From Felis catus (taxonomy: Eukaryota): a stretch of 64,000 nucleotides of DNA. The notes below the pieces were generated by a model that worked only from the letters and a program-made list of their open reading frames with translations, searched no databases and was not told the origin of the DNA. Below, piece by piece: positions 13,257-34,713 of this stretch (position 1 is the first letter of the stretch; each line of letters opens with the position of its first letter). The stretch spans positions 40,548,001 to 40,612,000 of the forward strand of contig NC_058381.1 of NCBI RefSeq assembly GCF_018350175.1. Direction: 5' to 3'. Both the position numbers and the translations under genes were made by a program.

Positions 13257-14515
13257 AAACATGTACTGAGTGAGCAAACCCCTCTAGAAACACATTCATG
13301 AATGCGCACGCTCATGTGCAGAAATAGTCACCCCCCAAACTGCCACAGACATTCTCAGACACAGGTACACAGGCTCACAGGTTCACACCCAGACCCACAC
13401 GTCCACGCAGCACACAAGACACAGACCTTCTCGCTCCCGAACACACACCCTTTCAGACTCACACCCAGCTGTCCAGATTCCAAAGCTCCTACTCACAGCA
13501 GGCACGCTCCAGCGCATCCCAGCTCCCCTCCTCCGCAGTGCCAGCCCCAAGGGCAGCCCCTCCCAGAACCAGGGGGCGGGGCCCCGGTGGAAGCTGACAG
13601 CACAGCAGCTAGAAAGGGGTGGGGCGGGGCAGGGCCACCCTGGCACCCGGGAGCTCTGAGGAGACGCTGCCACTTTAGACCCACCTACGTGGAGAGAAGG
13701 GAGTGAGGTCACCGGTGCCCTCAGCCTTGACCCAGCCCTGCTGCAGCCCGACTCTGGCCTTCCTGTCTTTGTCTCCACCAAAGACCCAGGGGAGGGGTTG
13801 GGGGTGAGGCAGAGAGTCCTCCTGGGCACAGAGATGGGCAGGGCCCAGAACAGGTCCCCTGGCCCATCAGTAGGGAAGGCAGGGGTGTGGGCAGCGAGAA
13901 CTGGGCCTTCCCAGCATCAGCTCCACCCTCCAGTAGCAAAAGAAGCCTCCTACAGCACCCTGCCCCCCGGGGCGGCCTGAAACATGGGGAATCGGGCAGA
14001 ACTGTTACCTGCCGTGTCCTGGCCCAGGGACCCTCTCCAGAGAGGCCCTTTTTGCCCCCACCTTCCCACTGTGGAACATGGGGAGGACGCTGGTGAGTCA
14101 CAGCGCCGAACAGCCACCTGAAATCATCCTTACCTCTGCACCTCAGGACTCTCTGCCCCCCTGGAGCTGAAGCAAGATTGGGCAAGAGGATCTGGCAGTC
14201 CCAATGCCACCGTTAGGTCTCATGTTATCAGACTGTGTCCTTAGGGCCCCTCTGGCTGTTCCGATGGAGCCCCAACCTCTGCTGAGGAATGGGAGAATGG
14301 GCACACAGCAAGGCAGGGCTTGCTCGCTCAGACCCTAGAGAACCTGGGTCAGTAAATGCCTGAAAGTAAAAACCGGAAGTAAATGTCCTTAGCCCCCTCC
14401 CAATGCTCACCACACTCCCTGAGGGGAAGTAATGCTGGACTAGGAAAATACAGCACAACCCATGTTAGAAATCTGAAACCATCTTCCAGGGACCAGGAAA
14501 GGAACTGTGTGCTCA

Positions 14516-14529
14516 CGCCCCCTGGTGGC
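14516..14529 (-). promoter_or_regulatory. CTCF binding motif
   Basis: Minus strand reads GCCACCAGGGGGCG, a close match to the CTCF core CCASYAGRKGGCR. It is preceded by TGCAATTGCAG, which resembles the upstream module. Binding itself cannot be seen from sequence. Confidence 0.65.
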
Positions 14530-15124
14530 AGATCTGCAATTGCACTCTGCTCTCACAACCACCCAGGGTCCCCCGAGGCCAAAACTGTGCCTTTGGCCCC
14601 CTCGCCCACCACTTATTTACAGATGAGGGGAGATGGACGCAGAGGGAGGCAAGGAAGGATCTGCACCCTTAGCCCAGGGGAGCCTGGAACCCAGGTGCTG
14701 CAATTCATTCAACAAGAAACTTTTATTGAGCACCCACTGCCAGCATGCCAGAAGCCGCTGGACTCCTGGTCCAGTGCTCTTCGTGACACTGGCTGCCCCT
14801 CTGCTGTCTCTGAAATTCAGGCTGAGACCCCAACTTGGAGGAGCAGGAACCTTCTTCAGGAGACTGTCCGGGTGAGGAGAGCCCTGGGGAGGAGGAAGGG
14901 CCATCAGCAGCTGTAGCACCACCAACTTGGGGTCCAGAGACCCAGAGAGGAGACAGGAGGGACCCGGGGAGCAGCGCTCACAGGTGGGACCGGATGGGGC
15001 CTGGTCAGCTATGTCCATTTTACGTTTTTAATAAATAGTTCTTGCTGCTGCCCAGGCTGGTGAGGGTGGTCCCACTGGGCCCAGGCTTCCCCAGCAATTC
15101 AGGGGTGCAAGGGTAGCTCTCTTC

Positions 15125-18100
15125 TCATGCTAGTTCAGGCTCCAGCTCTGAAAAGGAAAGGAGGGAGCACCAGGTTAGTCCCCCCACCCACTCCCAAAGA
15201 GCATCTGGGGGCTGTCCTGGGGGCGAGGGGGCAGGCAGGAGCGAGGCTCCCTAGGACAGGTCTCAGCTGGTCCCGGCTCTGAGAAGGATGCCACCCCCTC
15301 ACACACAAAGTGGGACAGGGTTGGCTAACAGGCTAGAAGCCCCCCGAGGCGGGAGATCCTGGCGCTCCGACTGCCTCTGCGGCCCAGTATGTGGATCCTT
15401 CTGTGGCCAACCTCCATCCCAGGCCGCATCCCCACCCTCCACCCCGACTCGAGTCACTGACCGGCCTCCGCCTCATCACCCTTGGCATCCGGTTCCTGCC
15501 ACCAGTCAGCGTAGATGCCCTCCTCGTAGTCCCCCTCCCCCTCGAACTCGGCATCGGATGGGGGATCCTTGGGCTCCACAGGCGGCACCGTCTCTTCCAG
15601 CTCCATCTACAGCAGCCCCAGGGTAGGGAAAGAAAGGAGGTCACAGCAGGCACAAACCCAGACCGGCTCCCTTCCTGGCCGAGGGGCCCCCTATCCCATC
15701 TCAGCCCCCAAAGCCCCTCCTTCCCCAGTCTCAAGATCCCACACAGGACTGATCTGAAGGTTTCTCCCACAAGGTCCCATTCCCAAACTGCCACTCCCCG
15801 CACCGATGTATGGGGCTCCCCCGACAGAGAGTCAATGTTAGCGTGAGCACTGCTTTCTCCAAGGCCATCCTTTTAAGCATAAATTCCATAGCCATAGCGG
15901 ATGCTGCTACTCCCTGCATGCTGTCTGCTCATGCAATTTCTTGGCCAGAAACACGGTTGCCCCCCCACCCCCACCCCGTGCCTGGATCGCTCTCGTTGAC
16001 TCACCAATGCCAGGCATCAGCTCCAGGATTCAGCCCTGGCCGATGACCCTGGCTGGATCTGGAGCCCTCCTCTGGTGCCCCGTGCTGACCTCTCCCGAGC
16101 ACTGTTTGTGCCTCCCCAACTAGACTGTGAGCTGCTTGAGAAGGGGACTGTACCTTTTCATCAACTTACCCCAGCCCCACACATTGTCTGGCAAACAGCC
16201 GGCCACAAATAAGTGTAATCAAAATGGCCACCATCCACCGAGCACCTGCTCTGGGCCAGCTCTGGGGAAGACACTTTCCATACTTGATCTCATTTCACGG
16301 TCACCACAATGCTGTGACACCGGCATCACCCTCCCCATTCGAGATGCAGGAACTGAAGTTCAAGAGCTACCTGAGACTTGCCTGGAGGCTGCCCAGCTGG
16401 TAAGCAGAGGGGCCAAGTCTGGCTGTCACCAAGGCCGGGGTGCACACAGCGTAGCCCCTCCCCCATGCGTGATGAGTGGGGGCACGGGGTGAGTGAACAA
16501 AGTGGGGGATGGATAAATAAATAAGCGCCGAGCAGCCACACCTCACAGAAATTTGGACTCCCAAACCCTCATTCAGGATCAAGGGATCACACTTCAGTCC
16601 TTGCTTCCTGGCACCGGCATTCATTCATTCACTGGTTCATTCAAACTCAGTTTCCCGGTGCCAGCTCTGGGGCAGGCGCTGTGGAAAAGCTGGGAATAAC
16701 CTGGCCCCCCATCCCAAAGCACGAGCCTCTGAGAGACTGGCTGGAGAAGGGATGGATCAGGGCTGCAAGTAACTCCAGGGCCAGGGAGGCACAGAGGGTC
16801 ACAGTTGGTGTTGCAAGCCCAGAAGGCAGAGCCAGAACATGCAGGGAGGGCTTCCCGGAGGAGCGCCACTTGAGCTGGGCTGGGGGAGTTATGTGGCAAC
16901 ATTCAGACACGCAGAGAAGGAGAGCATGAGAACACTGAGTGGGGAGCAAAGAGCGGGTATAGATAAGGAAGCAGCTGACTGCCCCCGGAGGTAGGGCCGA
17001 GCTTTGGCACAGAGGCCCTCCAGGAAGAGATCAAGGGTCCCCGCCATGGCCCAGCCTAGAGAGCAGGTGGCCACTTACCTCATCATCTGGCTGCAGGTAC
17101 ATATGTGCGAACTCCAGCAGTTCTCGAAGCTCCGCTGTCTGATTGTGGTAGAGCGTGGCCTCCTGAGAGGAAGGGGGGGGAAAGTGAGGTAAGCCAGAGC
17201 CTGCCGCCAGATGGTAGAGGAGCCAAGTTGGGATCTGGGTGCCCCCCGCCCCCGCCCCGCACGCTTTTTCAGCTCAAGGAGCAAGGAACAGGTATCAGTC
17301 ACATGCTGACTGAAAAATCATAGCTGTTTGGAGAGGTTAGGGAGGATTGGGAGGGCTCTGTTAGAAAGAGCTCTTTAATCGATTAGCAATGTCTGCCACT
17401 AGTAAGGAAATCGAGGGTGGCACCATGTGCCCCATGGCTGCCAGTCTTGCCCTAGATTCCCGGGGGTTTCCTTAGTGGGTCCAAGCTAGGGAGTCCCTGG
17501 GAAGGAGGGCAAAAGCCAGCAGTGAGAGTGGTGAGGGTGGGGAGGGGAGCAGGTGGTAATGGACGGGTATTTTTGCACCTCCCACAGCCTGGGCGCTGTG
17601 CTACCATTGTGTAGGTGAGGCAACGTATTCAGCAAGGATCAGTAATGTTCCCAGGCCCGTTCAGCAGGTGGGGCTGGCTTTGAACCCAGGACTCCAATCA
17701 CCACCCATAGTCTTTCTTTTCACTTCCCACCCTGCCTTCCAAAGAAGCCAGAATTTTTTTTTTTAAAACCACCTGTCCCAAGAGTGCCTCCAAAGGCAGT
17801 GCCCACCTCCCGGGGCTGGAAGTCCTCCTCCTCCAGGCCCCAGCGAGCCCGGTGGAAGCGGTAATACACCAGGTTCTGCTGCATGACACTGTCGTCAGGG
17901 TCGAAGAGCATGTAGCTGGCGGCGCTGCGGGCGGCCTGGCGCACGTCATTCACTGCGGGCAGGACAGGAGTGAGGAGTAGCCCCCGCACTTCCCCGCCTT
18001 CAGGGACAAGCCCTTCCTAGACCGTCCCCCTTTCCCAATTCAGTCCAGTGCTCCTGGCTCCCCAGCTGTCCCCCCCCCCCACAGTATCTTTTGGCCCCTT

Positions 18101-20964
18101 CACCCCACCCAAATGATAATGCAAGCTACAATGTACTGGGCACTTACCACGTGCCAAGCCCGTGTAACTCATTTAAGCCTCACCATTATCATCATCCCTA
18201 ATATACAGACAAGAAATCTGAGGCACAGAGAGGTTAGGTAAACTGCTCAAGCTCACACAGCTGGAGAATAATGGCACTTGAGAATGAGAGCCCAGAAGCC
18301 TTGCCCTCAACCTCTTCACCAACGGACCCATGAATGGTCTCCTGGCCCCTTGGTCCTTAGCTCCTCCACTCCATCTCCAGCCTCCATCTGAATTTTGGCA
18401 GCTCTGCATGGCAAGAACTCTGGAGTTCGTCAATCCCGGCCCCCGTGGATGCCAGGCTCTCCCCCAGACGAGGAGAGCCATAAATCCTGGTGCTACTTTT
18501 CATTGGCCATGCGACTAATGGCCCCTTGAGCTCTATGAGCCTCAGTTGCCTCATCTGAAAAATGGGTCCCGTAATGTCAGCTGCAGGGGATGGGTGAAAG
18601 CACCAAGTGAGATCAACAGATGTGGTAGGCCTTTGTAAACTGTCGACTGTGGTGGAGTCGTTGGCTACACATATTCCCAAGAGGTTTCTGAATTCTCCTA
18701 AGGTTGCTCTTTGTTCCTTCCCCTCCTCTCACCTGTTTGCCACCCCCAGCCTTCCCTGCCGTCACGCAGGGTCCTCACATATGAGGGACGGCTCCCCACG
18801 ACCCTGTAAAACTCTCAGGGCAATGCTTTCTCTTCCCCCGCCCCCCCCCCCCCATCCCAAGCCCACCAGGATGCTCACACTTGTAGTAGGCAAACTGCAG
18901 GTAATGATACATGGTGGCCACGAACTTCTCCACGAAATAGCCGCCCACGTTGGGGGTCAAGTTGGCCTCACAGTCCACCTTGCACTGCAGGGACTCTGCA
19001 AAGAGATCTAGGGGGTGGGAGGCAGTGGTGAGGAGCCGGTGCCTGCCCAGCCGATGCCACCACAGGAGGTAATGCCAGTAAAGACTTGGCTCAGGATACA
19101 AAGGGCAGTGCTGAGGGCAACTACTGTGGCCTGGGTCGCCTTACCACCCCCGCAGCTCAACCCCCACCCCAAAACCGGAGGGAGTTGGGGCATTCTGAGG
19201 CAGATGAGGTTTGGAGGTGGGAAGCCTAGGTAGAGAAGCTCAGGAGAGTTCTTTCTGTCCCCGCTGAGGCACCCCGTGGTCAGGGATCCCTAACCAGGTG
19301 CGATTTCTGGCCACAAACTGCCTTCTGCACACACCTGCTGGGCTGTTTCTGTACACATGACCACAGCACCTTTGCACCTGTACTGCCCTCCGCCTGAGGC
19401 CTGTGAAACCAACGTCCTCAGGCCTTTTTGAGATGTCACCACCTCTCTGCACCAACGCCTAGCACCTTGGACACTCAGGACTGTAGCCTTTCTCACTGAC
19501 TGAAGGCTCCCAGGGCAGGGATAACACCTTATTTCTGTGCACCTCCCAAGAACCTCCTGGGTGCTCCATACACGCGTTTGGGATGAATACTTACACGTTA
19601 AGAGGCCTTAGGAGCGCTGGGAAGCAGGGCCCTGTGGGTGAGAGGGTCACCCACAGGGATCTGGAGGAAGAGGGGAATACCTGCTATGGCCGGGTAGAAG
19701 TCCTTGAAGTCCACCTGCTCGTGGGCCCCCTCACAGCCAGCCAGACACCGGGCAAAGACGGCCAGGTACTCAGCCAGGGCCCGCTCCATGTCCTCGGTGC
19801 TGCTGCGGAAATCTCCGCTGTTGTAGAGCTTCACAGCCCTGAGGAACACCGCCTAGAGGGGTGCATCAGAGGGGTCAGGGAGACCTCCAACACCTCCCCT
19901 CCTTACAAGCCCCGCGGGGGGTGGGGGGACGGTGGTCAGGAAGGAGCTCAGGGCCAGCCCTACCCCTCCAGCCCACCTCATAGGGCTGCGCCTCCAAGTC
20001 CGTGAAGGGCTCCTCGGCGGCGTCCAGCAGCCCCCGGTAGTAGCTGAGATACTTGGCGGTTAGCTCGTGCTTCGGGTTCCTCTGGAGGAAGGTGTAGGCC
20101 GCGGCCGCCGCCTTCTCCAGCCGGTTAGCCTGCGGGACAGGGACAGAGAGGGTCGGAAGGGCCAGAGATCGAAGCCCTGAGTGCACAAGGGGGCTTGGCT
20201 GTCCTTGGTTGTGCGATCGATGCTGCTCCGAGACCGGACGGAATCGGATGCCGGCTCCGAACGACGCGCCCCAGCTGCGCCCAGGAGACGAGGCGGGGCA
20301 GGGGGCGCCAGGGGCGAGGGGCACCCGGCCTAGGGGGGCGAGGTGGGACGGTGGCTCCAGGACCTGGGGCGCGGCGGGGCTGGAGGAGGGCGAGGCAGGG
20401 CGGGAGGATCCGGGACTGGGGGAGCCCGGGTGGGGCCGGTGGGTCGCGGAGGTGGGGGGTGGGGGNNNNNNNNNNNNNNNNNNNNNNNNNNNNNNNNNNN
20501 NNNNNNNNNNNNNNNNNNNNNNNNNNNNNNNNNNNNNNNNNNNNNNNNNNNNNNNNNNNNNNNNNNNNNNNNNNNNNNNNNNNNNNNNNNNNNNNNNNNN
20601 NNNNNNNNNNNNNTTCCAGGACGTGGCCGAAGAGCCGCAGCTCGCGGGCCCACTCGTCGCCGCGGCCGCCGTCGGGGCCGGGCTCGGGCCCCGGGAAGGA
20701 GGCCGCGGGCGGCGCAGGGCCGCTGCAGTTGGCGTGGCAGAAGGCCTCGCTGTCCCGCAGCAGCCGGTGCAGCCGCAGCGCCGCCTCGAGGTAGCGCGCG
20801 CTCTCGCGCCAGCTCTCGCCCTCGTACTGCTCGAGCGCGTGCCCGTAGGCCGCGGCCAGGGGCATCAGGTCCTCGGGCGGGAAGCCCCGGAAGCTGTACT
20901 TCTCGTACTGCCCCGCGGCGCTGCCCAGCAGCAGCCACAACAGCCCCCACGCCGCCCGCCCCAT
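15125..20964 (-). CDS. P3H4: Prolyl 3-hydroxylase family member 4 (SC65/LEPREL4), ER collagen-modifying complex protein, about 443 aa
   Basis: Exons: 20964..~20485 (3' end inside N gap, inferred), 20129..19977, 19852..19681, 19007..18879, 17952..17807, 17162..17079, 15606..15462, 15147..15125. All visible junctions are GT-AG and in frame. Signal peptide [18 protein letters not shown], then [18 protein letters not shown], acidic C-terminus ELEPELA*. Confidence 0.97.
20466..20613. other. N gap (148 nt); other gaps at 42040-42171 (132), 45682-45837 (156), 47315-47478 (164)
   Basis: Runs of N read directly from the sequence. Confidence 0.99.
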
Positions 20965-22121
20965 GGCCGCGCCGCGCCGGCCGGCTCTCCCGGGCCGAGG
21001 AGGCGTCCAGGCCGCGCGGGCGGGCGGGGGCGCCGAGGGGGCCGGGCGGGGGCGCCCGCTGGGTCTTAGCGCCGGGCAGCGACGGCAGGAGGGCGGAGTC
21101 GAGGTCTGGGTCAGCTCTCCCGAGGGGCACAGGGCCCACCGGGACCCTGAGGCCCCTACGTTGGCCGACCTCCTGCCCTTTGGGGGGGGGGGGTGTCTTC
21201 CCCTTGACAGATGGTAAGTGGGTGGAGGAACGCTTCCCGCAGGGAAGGGGACCCGCAAAGCCTCTCCCCACGCAAAGACAGTCCCCCACCTTAAGATCAA
21301 GACATTGAGGGAGCGCCGCCTCCACCACTCTGCCCAAACCTTGGCATCTGGTCTTCTTTCCATTACAGAGTCCCTCCTGCTCCTTCTCCGCCCCTAGCAG
21401 TCACTTCTAGTGTCCCTCCGCTCCAGTCCGCGACTCGGAGGCGCACTCCTGGTTTCACCCCGCACACATCACTCTCGCTGCCGCCCACCTATGTCCATCC
21501 CCGCGCGGGATCGTCCTGACTGTCCAGCTTTTGCGGGACCACGCAGCTCGATCCTGGAGAGGCCATCGCTGAGACAGTGGGGATGTGGGGCGTAGGGAGT
21601 ACCGAGACACCCCCTCAGATTCTGGAGCCTCACCAGCCACCTAGAGAGGCCTAGATTTGGGGGGGAGGCCAACGAAAGAAACAAGGGATACTTCAGTCCG
21701 GCTTTAGGACCCAGGGGTTCGGGAAAAAAAAGACACTGAACTTTTTTCTTTCTTTTTTTTTTTTTTTTCTTTTAATGGGGGTCAGCTCCAACTTCTCCGC
21801 TTTCCCGAACCTCCCTCCCAGGCTGAGGCCCCAGGACGCTGAGCCCCGGGAGATAGGGAGGGGGGATCTGGATCTGGAGTTCTTGGTGGTGCATTCCTGG
21901 ACTCCTACACTCAGCCTTGCCCCCTCCTCCCATTCCACCCTCCGTCCTCCGCCCCGCCAGCTCTTTCTCCCCTGCCCCCATTCCACGTGGACTAGCCAGG
22001 GCGGGGGTGGGGACCAAGGACAGGAAGGGGGGGAGCCAGCTCCGGGAGGAGGGGGAAAGGAGGTTGTCGGCGGCGACTCCCTCGCTCGCCCTCACTGCCG
22101 GCGGTCCCAGCTCCAGGCACT

Positions 22122-30512
<8,391 letters not shown>

Positions 30513-31372
30513 AGGGCAGGGGCCTGGGCCCAAATGCAAAGGCCCACTTCTCGGGGGGGTGGGGGGACAGCGGGCGGTGGCGCTGACCTTCCAAGGGTCA
30601 CCCTCCCCTGTGCTGGCATGTTGGCTGGGAGCATCTAAAAAGTGGTCAGAGATGACTCTGGTCTTGCCACCGGCCCGAGAGTAAAATCTACAGCACAGAC
30701 CTCTATTCAGGTTTTCTCTTCCCACCCCGCACCCCTCACTTACAAGTTTTGGAGTCACAAAGCCAACCCGGTGATTGGTGGAGTCTAGGGGCTGGATGCC
30801 GCCACTGCTGGCCCCTCGCCCATACCTCCCCTCCGCATCACCATACAATGAACACGGCCAGCCGAGTTCACCATTTCATTTCCCCAAGCTTCCCTTTTAT
30901 CTGTACTTTTCCTTGCCGTCCCCAAGCACCCCCCTACAGCCCCCATTTCTGTGTCGAAGCAGCTCCCAGGAGCATGAACCAGGACTGGCCAGACCCTCAG
31001 CCTTCCTCTCTCAGCTCTGGCTGGCTTCTAGGAAGGGCCTCCCCCCTTACCTGTTCCCCCACACCTATCCCCTCCCCCCTCACTACATCCAGTAGCGGCT
31101 GAAGGCCCCTGGGGTGCTGCAGTCAGGGCTGGGTTTGCCTTGCCTTTCATCCCTAAGGAAGGCTGCTTTCTCGAAAGGGACAGAGAACCGGGGAAGAGTA
31201 CGAAGGGTAACTACTGGGATGGGTCTTAGGGCTATGAAATCCTTGGGAAATCCTGGTTTCAGGGCAGAGTTAAACTTGGAAGAGGGGCTTGTTTGGGGTG
31301 AGAGGGGAGTGGACAGAGCTCTGCACACTCAAAAGGCTAAATTGGTGTCAGATCCCTTTCTCCTTTGTGCCA

Positions 31373-31378
31373 AATAAA
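31373..31378 (+). terminator. FKBP10 polyadenylation signal
   Basis: AATAAA about 860 nt after the stop, followed by GU/U-rich CTGTGCTCTTTCCTTGTGTGT. Confidence 0.7.
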
Positions 31379-32929
31379 AGACTGAACCAAACACCTCAGG
31401 CTGTGCTCTTTCCTTGTGTGTATGGCGGGGAGGCCCTCAGACCCAAAGATTGGGGAAGAAAGGGGAACAAAGCGGGCCGTCTCTTCATACCTCATCAGCT
31501 CAAGATACTGTGTCCCTCGGTCTCAGCCTCCTGCCTCCTGAGGCCTAACCGGGGCCCTCCCCAAGGAAAGGGACCCCCAGTCTGCCAGAGGGAGGGTGCA
31601 GAGTGGGCATCTACAAAGGGGCCTGCCAGGAACGTGTGGAGAGATGATCCGGGTCTCCTAACCATCCCAGCTGAACAAAGAGGCGGTCCCTGACCTCCAA
31701 CATGACTCAGGGGTTAGATCAAACCACACAGGTCAGAATCCTCTCTTCCATGTAAACCGGTTCCAGTACTCAGCTATCCCCACCTCTCCTTGCTCCTGGC
31801 GGCCAGCCTTTCCCACCTGCCGGATCCACCCTCCTGCCTAAAGGAAAGGTAACAGAGTTGCAGTCTGCAGGCCATCTGCCCCTCACCTGCCTGGCTGGAC
31901 TCTGGCCAGTGCAACAAAAATGACCTGAGCCAAGAAAGAACGGGGGAGCAGGGGAAGCTTGGGAGAGAAAAAGTTGGTGCTGGACTCCCTGGACCGACCT
32001 GTCCCCACAAGCACCTGTTTCTTATCCAGCACCCTGAGACACATGACTTTTCCCATGGCCAGTAATAGACACTCCTGGACCCAAAGCAACCAGAAGGCAC
32101 CTCCGGATCTGACGGTGGCTACAGACCTGGCCTCGCATGGTAACCGCCCCCTTCCCAGAAGCTAACAGGCCAGCCCTGAACTGAAGCCCGTTTGAAGGCA
32201 CGATGCAGAAGAAACAGTATGGCTTGGGTCAGGAACACTCAAATCCTGGCTCTAGCTCCTAGCTATGGAGTTTGGGCAAGTTTCTGGTCTTCTTGAAGCC
32301 ACCCAGAAATGAGAAGTATGCCTGTTTTCAGGGACCTTGTGAAGGATTAAATGGCACGCACCTACAGCAAGCACTACCTGTCCCTTCGGACCTGCAGGTA
32401 AACGCAAGTGTCCCACAGCCAGCATCCTCTGCAGCAGGATGAATCTCTCGGAGGTGAAGCTCTCAGAGGACAGGCTAAAAAAATGCCGGCTGAAACTGGC
32501 TGCTTTACATTTTCTCTTCGAAAGGTACCCTAGAGAATTCAGTTAGTCCTTGACCATCCAAGTCAACAGGGAAGGGACACGGGACAGGAGCTCTGAAGGA
32601 AGCCTAATGATGCAAGATGTCAGAGCAGAAATCACTCCCACCTGTCACAGAGCATCTTCTCCCTTCAGGTCCCGGTCTTGACTCCCCTTAATTAAGTCAC
32701 CCATCTTGGTGGTCCTGGATCCCTCTGAGGATCCATAAGGAGGGAACTCAGCGGATAGGATTGGCCAGATCCCACCAGTCCCAGTGGGGTTTCAAGTTTA
32801 ATGGATACCTCAGCCTAAAGTCAAACCATTCCAGATCAGAAACACACCCTTCCAACCCTGCCTGCCCACCCTGACCCCCAAGCACGTTTCATGCTCAGAG
32901 GGTCTTGTGGGTGAATTCAGTGTTGTTGT

Positions 32930-33040
32930 TGTTTTAATATTTTATTTTTTTAAGTGATCTCTACAGCCAGCGTGGGATTTGAACTCATAACCCCGAGATC
33001 AAGAGGCACACGCTCCACTGCCTGAGCCAGCCAGGTGCCT
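32930..33040 (-). mobile_element. Short carnivore SINE
   Basis: Reverse tRNA-like head CTGAGCCAGCCAGGTGCC with a T tail. Confidence 0.75.
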
Positions 33041-33180
33041 GTGAATTCGGTGGTTTTGAAATTCTGTGCCATAGAGCCCTAGTGGCTTCTTGGAGATTCC
33101 TGCTCCTCCAAAACCAAGAGGTACGGGCTCTGCCCTGCACCCCCTGAATCAGAACAGCTGGCTTTTTTTTCCCTTTTTTT

Positions 33181-33186
33181 TTTATT
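33181..33186 (-). terminator. Probable NT5C3B polyadenylation signal
   Basis: TTTATT on plus (AATAAA on minus) about 340 nt past the stop. It sits in an A-run, so it is less certain. Confidence 0.4.
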
Positions 33187-33522
33187 TAGATCTGTTTCAC
33201 ACATTAGATTTGTTTGAAGAACAGCTTTCCGTGTTTAAAAATTTGGGGAAAAAAGAACCCCTGGGCTAGATGGTCCCTAGTTAGAGTGGTAACACCCTGC
33301 AGGTCCCGTGTTCACCTGGTGGGCCCTCCCACCGCCGGGCAGGGCTTCCCGGAGCCTGGAGCCTGGGCGCTGGGAGGGGGAGGGAGGGGCACGGGCTCCC
33401 CAGCCGCACCACCCTGGACTGTTCACTGCCCGCCCTGGGAGAAGCAGCGCCCTCGGCAGGACAGCCTCTTGGCGAGGCTCCCACCTCTCCACAGCCCCCC
33501 CGCGCCTGACCCCGGCCTGCAC

Positions 33523-34662
33523 TCAGGAGCCCTGCATCTCTATCCAGTCCCCGCGGTGCAGGATGTGCTGCAGGAGCCCGTTGACCACGTCCAGCGTCTC
33601 GTCCTTCTCCAGCACGATGTCATAGGAGTCCATGTAGCGTTCCCGCCGCTCTGCCACCTGCCCCGGGGAAGGGAAGATCGAGAGGCCCCAGAATGCCCTG
33701 ACTTCTGCCTCTGCCTCCCTGGCACCCGGGGCAGGGGAGGGAGGGCATCCGAGCTGCAGCTCGACGTTACAGGGACCTGCCCTTTGGATGGCAGTGGGTA
33801 CAAGGTGCCACAAGTGACCCTTGGGTCAATGTCCAAAGGGCAGCACAAGGATTGAAATTTAAAAACCAGATGTACTTCTAACCCATCTGGATTGAGTTTT
33901 CCCAAGGCTCAAGCACTCTGGAGGTCTTCATCCCCTGCTGGCTGAGGGGAGGACTGGTGGCCTTCGACCCTGACACCATACTGTGCCCCCTTTGGACCAT
34001 TTCACCCCCTGTCAGCCTCTGGTCTGTCCTTGTGTTTTTGTTCTCTGAACTGCAAACCCACCTCCTGAATACTGACATCTCCTATTTCAATCATATCTTA
34101 CAGGTATGACTTAGGAGGACTTTAATCAGCTCTAGCAGTTCCTAAACTATGTCACTGTGGGCAGATGAACCTCCTTGCCTCAGTTTCCCCCATCTGTAAA
34201 ACAAGGCATGTTAGTCTCTACCTCAAAAAGTTGCTGTAGGGATTAAAATGGGCTAAAACGCCTGGAACATGGTGGCACCAAATAGTAAGTGCCGGCTCCA
34301 GTGACCCTGTCTCTGAGTCCCACTGTCATGCCATGTGCCGAACCCAGCTGTCATCACGGGGTATCTCTTTTGTTTTTCTGCGGACATGGCTCGTAGCTCA
34401 CCTTAGTACCTCTAATACTTCACAGTGACTAGCACACAGAAGGTGTTCGCTAGGCATTAGTTAACAGGGATTGAAAAAGGAACAAGCCAGGGCGCCTGTG
34501 TGGCTCAGCTGGTTTAGCATCTGATTCTTGATTTCGGCTCAGGTCATGATCTCATGGTTGGGTTGAGATCGACCTGCATTGGGCTCTGTGCTGATACGGC
34601 GGAGCCTGCTTGGGATTCTCTCCCTGCCCCTCCCCTGCTCACGCTCAGGGGCTCACATGTGT

Positions 34663-34713
<51 letters not shown>

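Noticed and set aside
20195-21337. Several 200-335 aa ORFs overlapping P3H4 exon 1 on both strands
   Set aside because: Alternative frames of a CpG island, lengthened artificially by reading through Ns.
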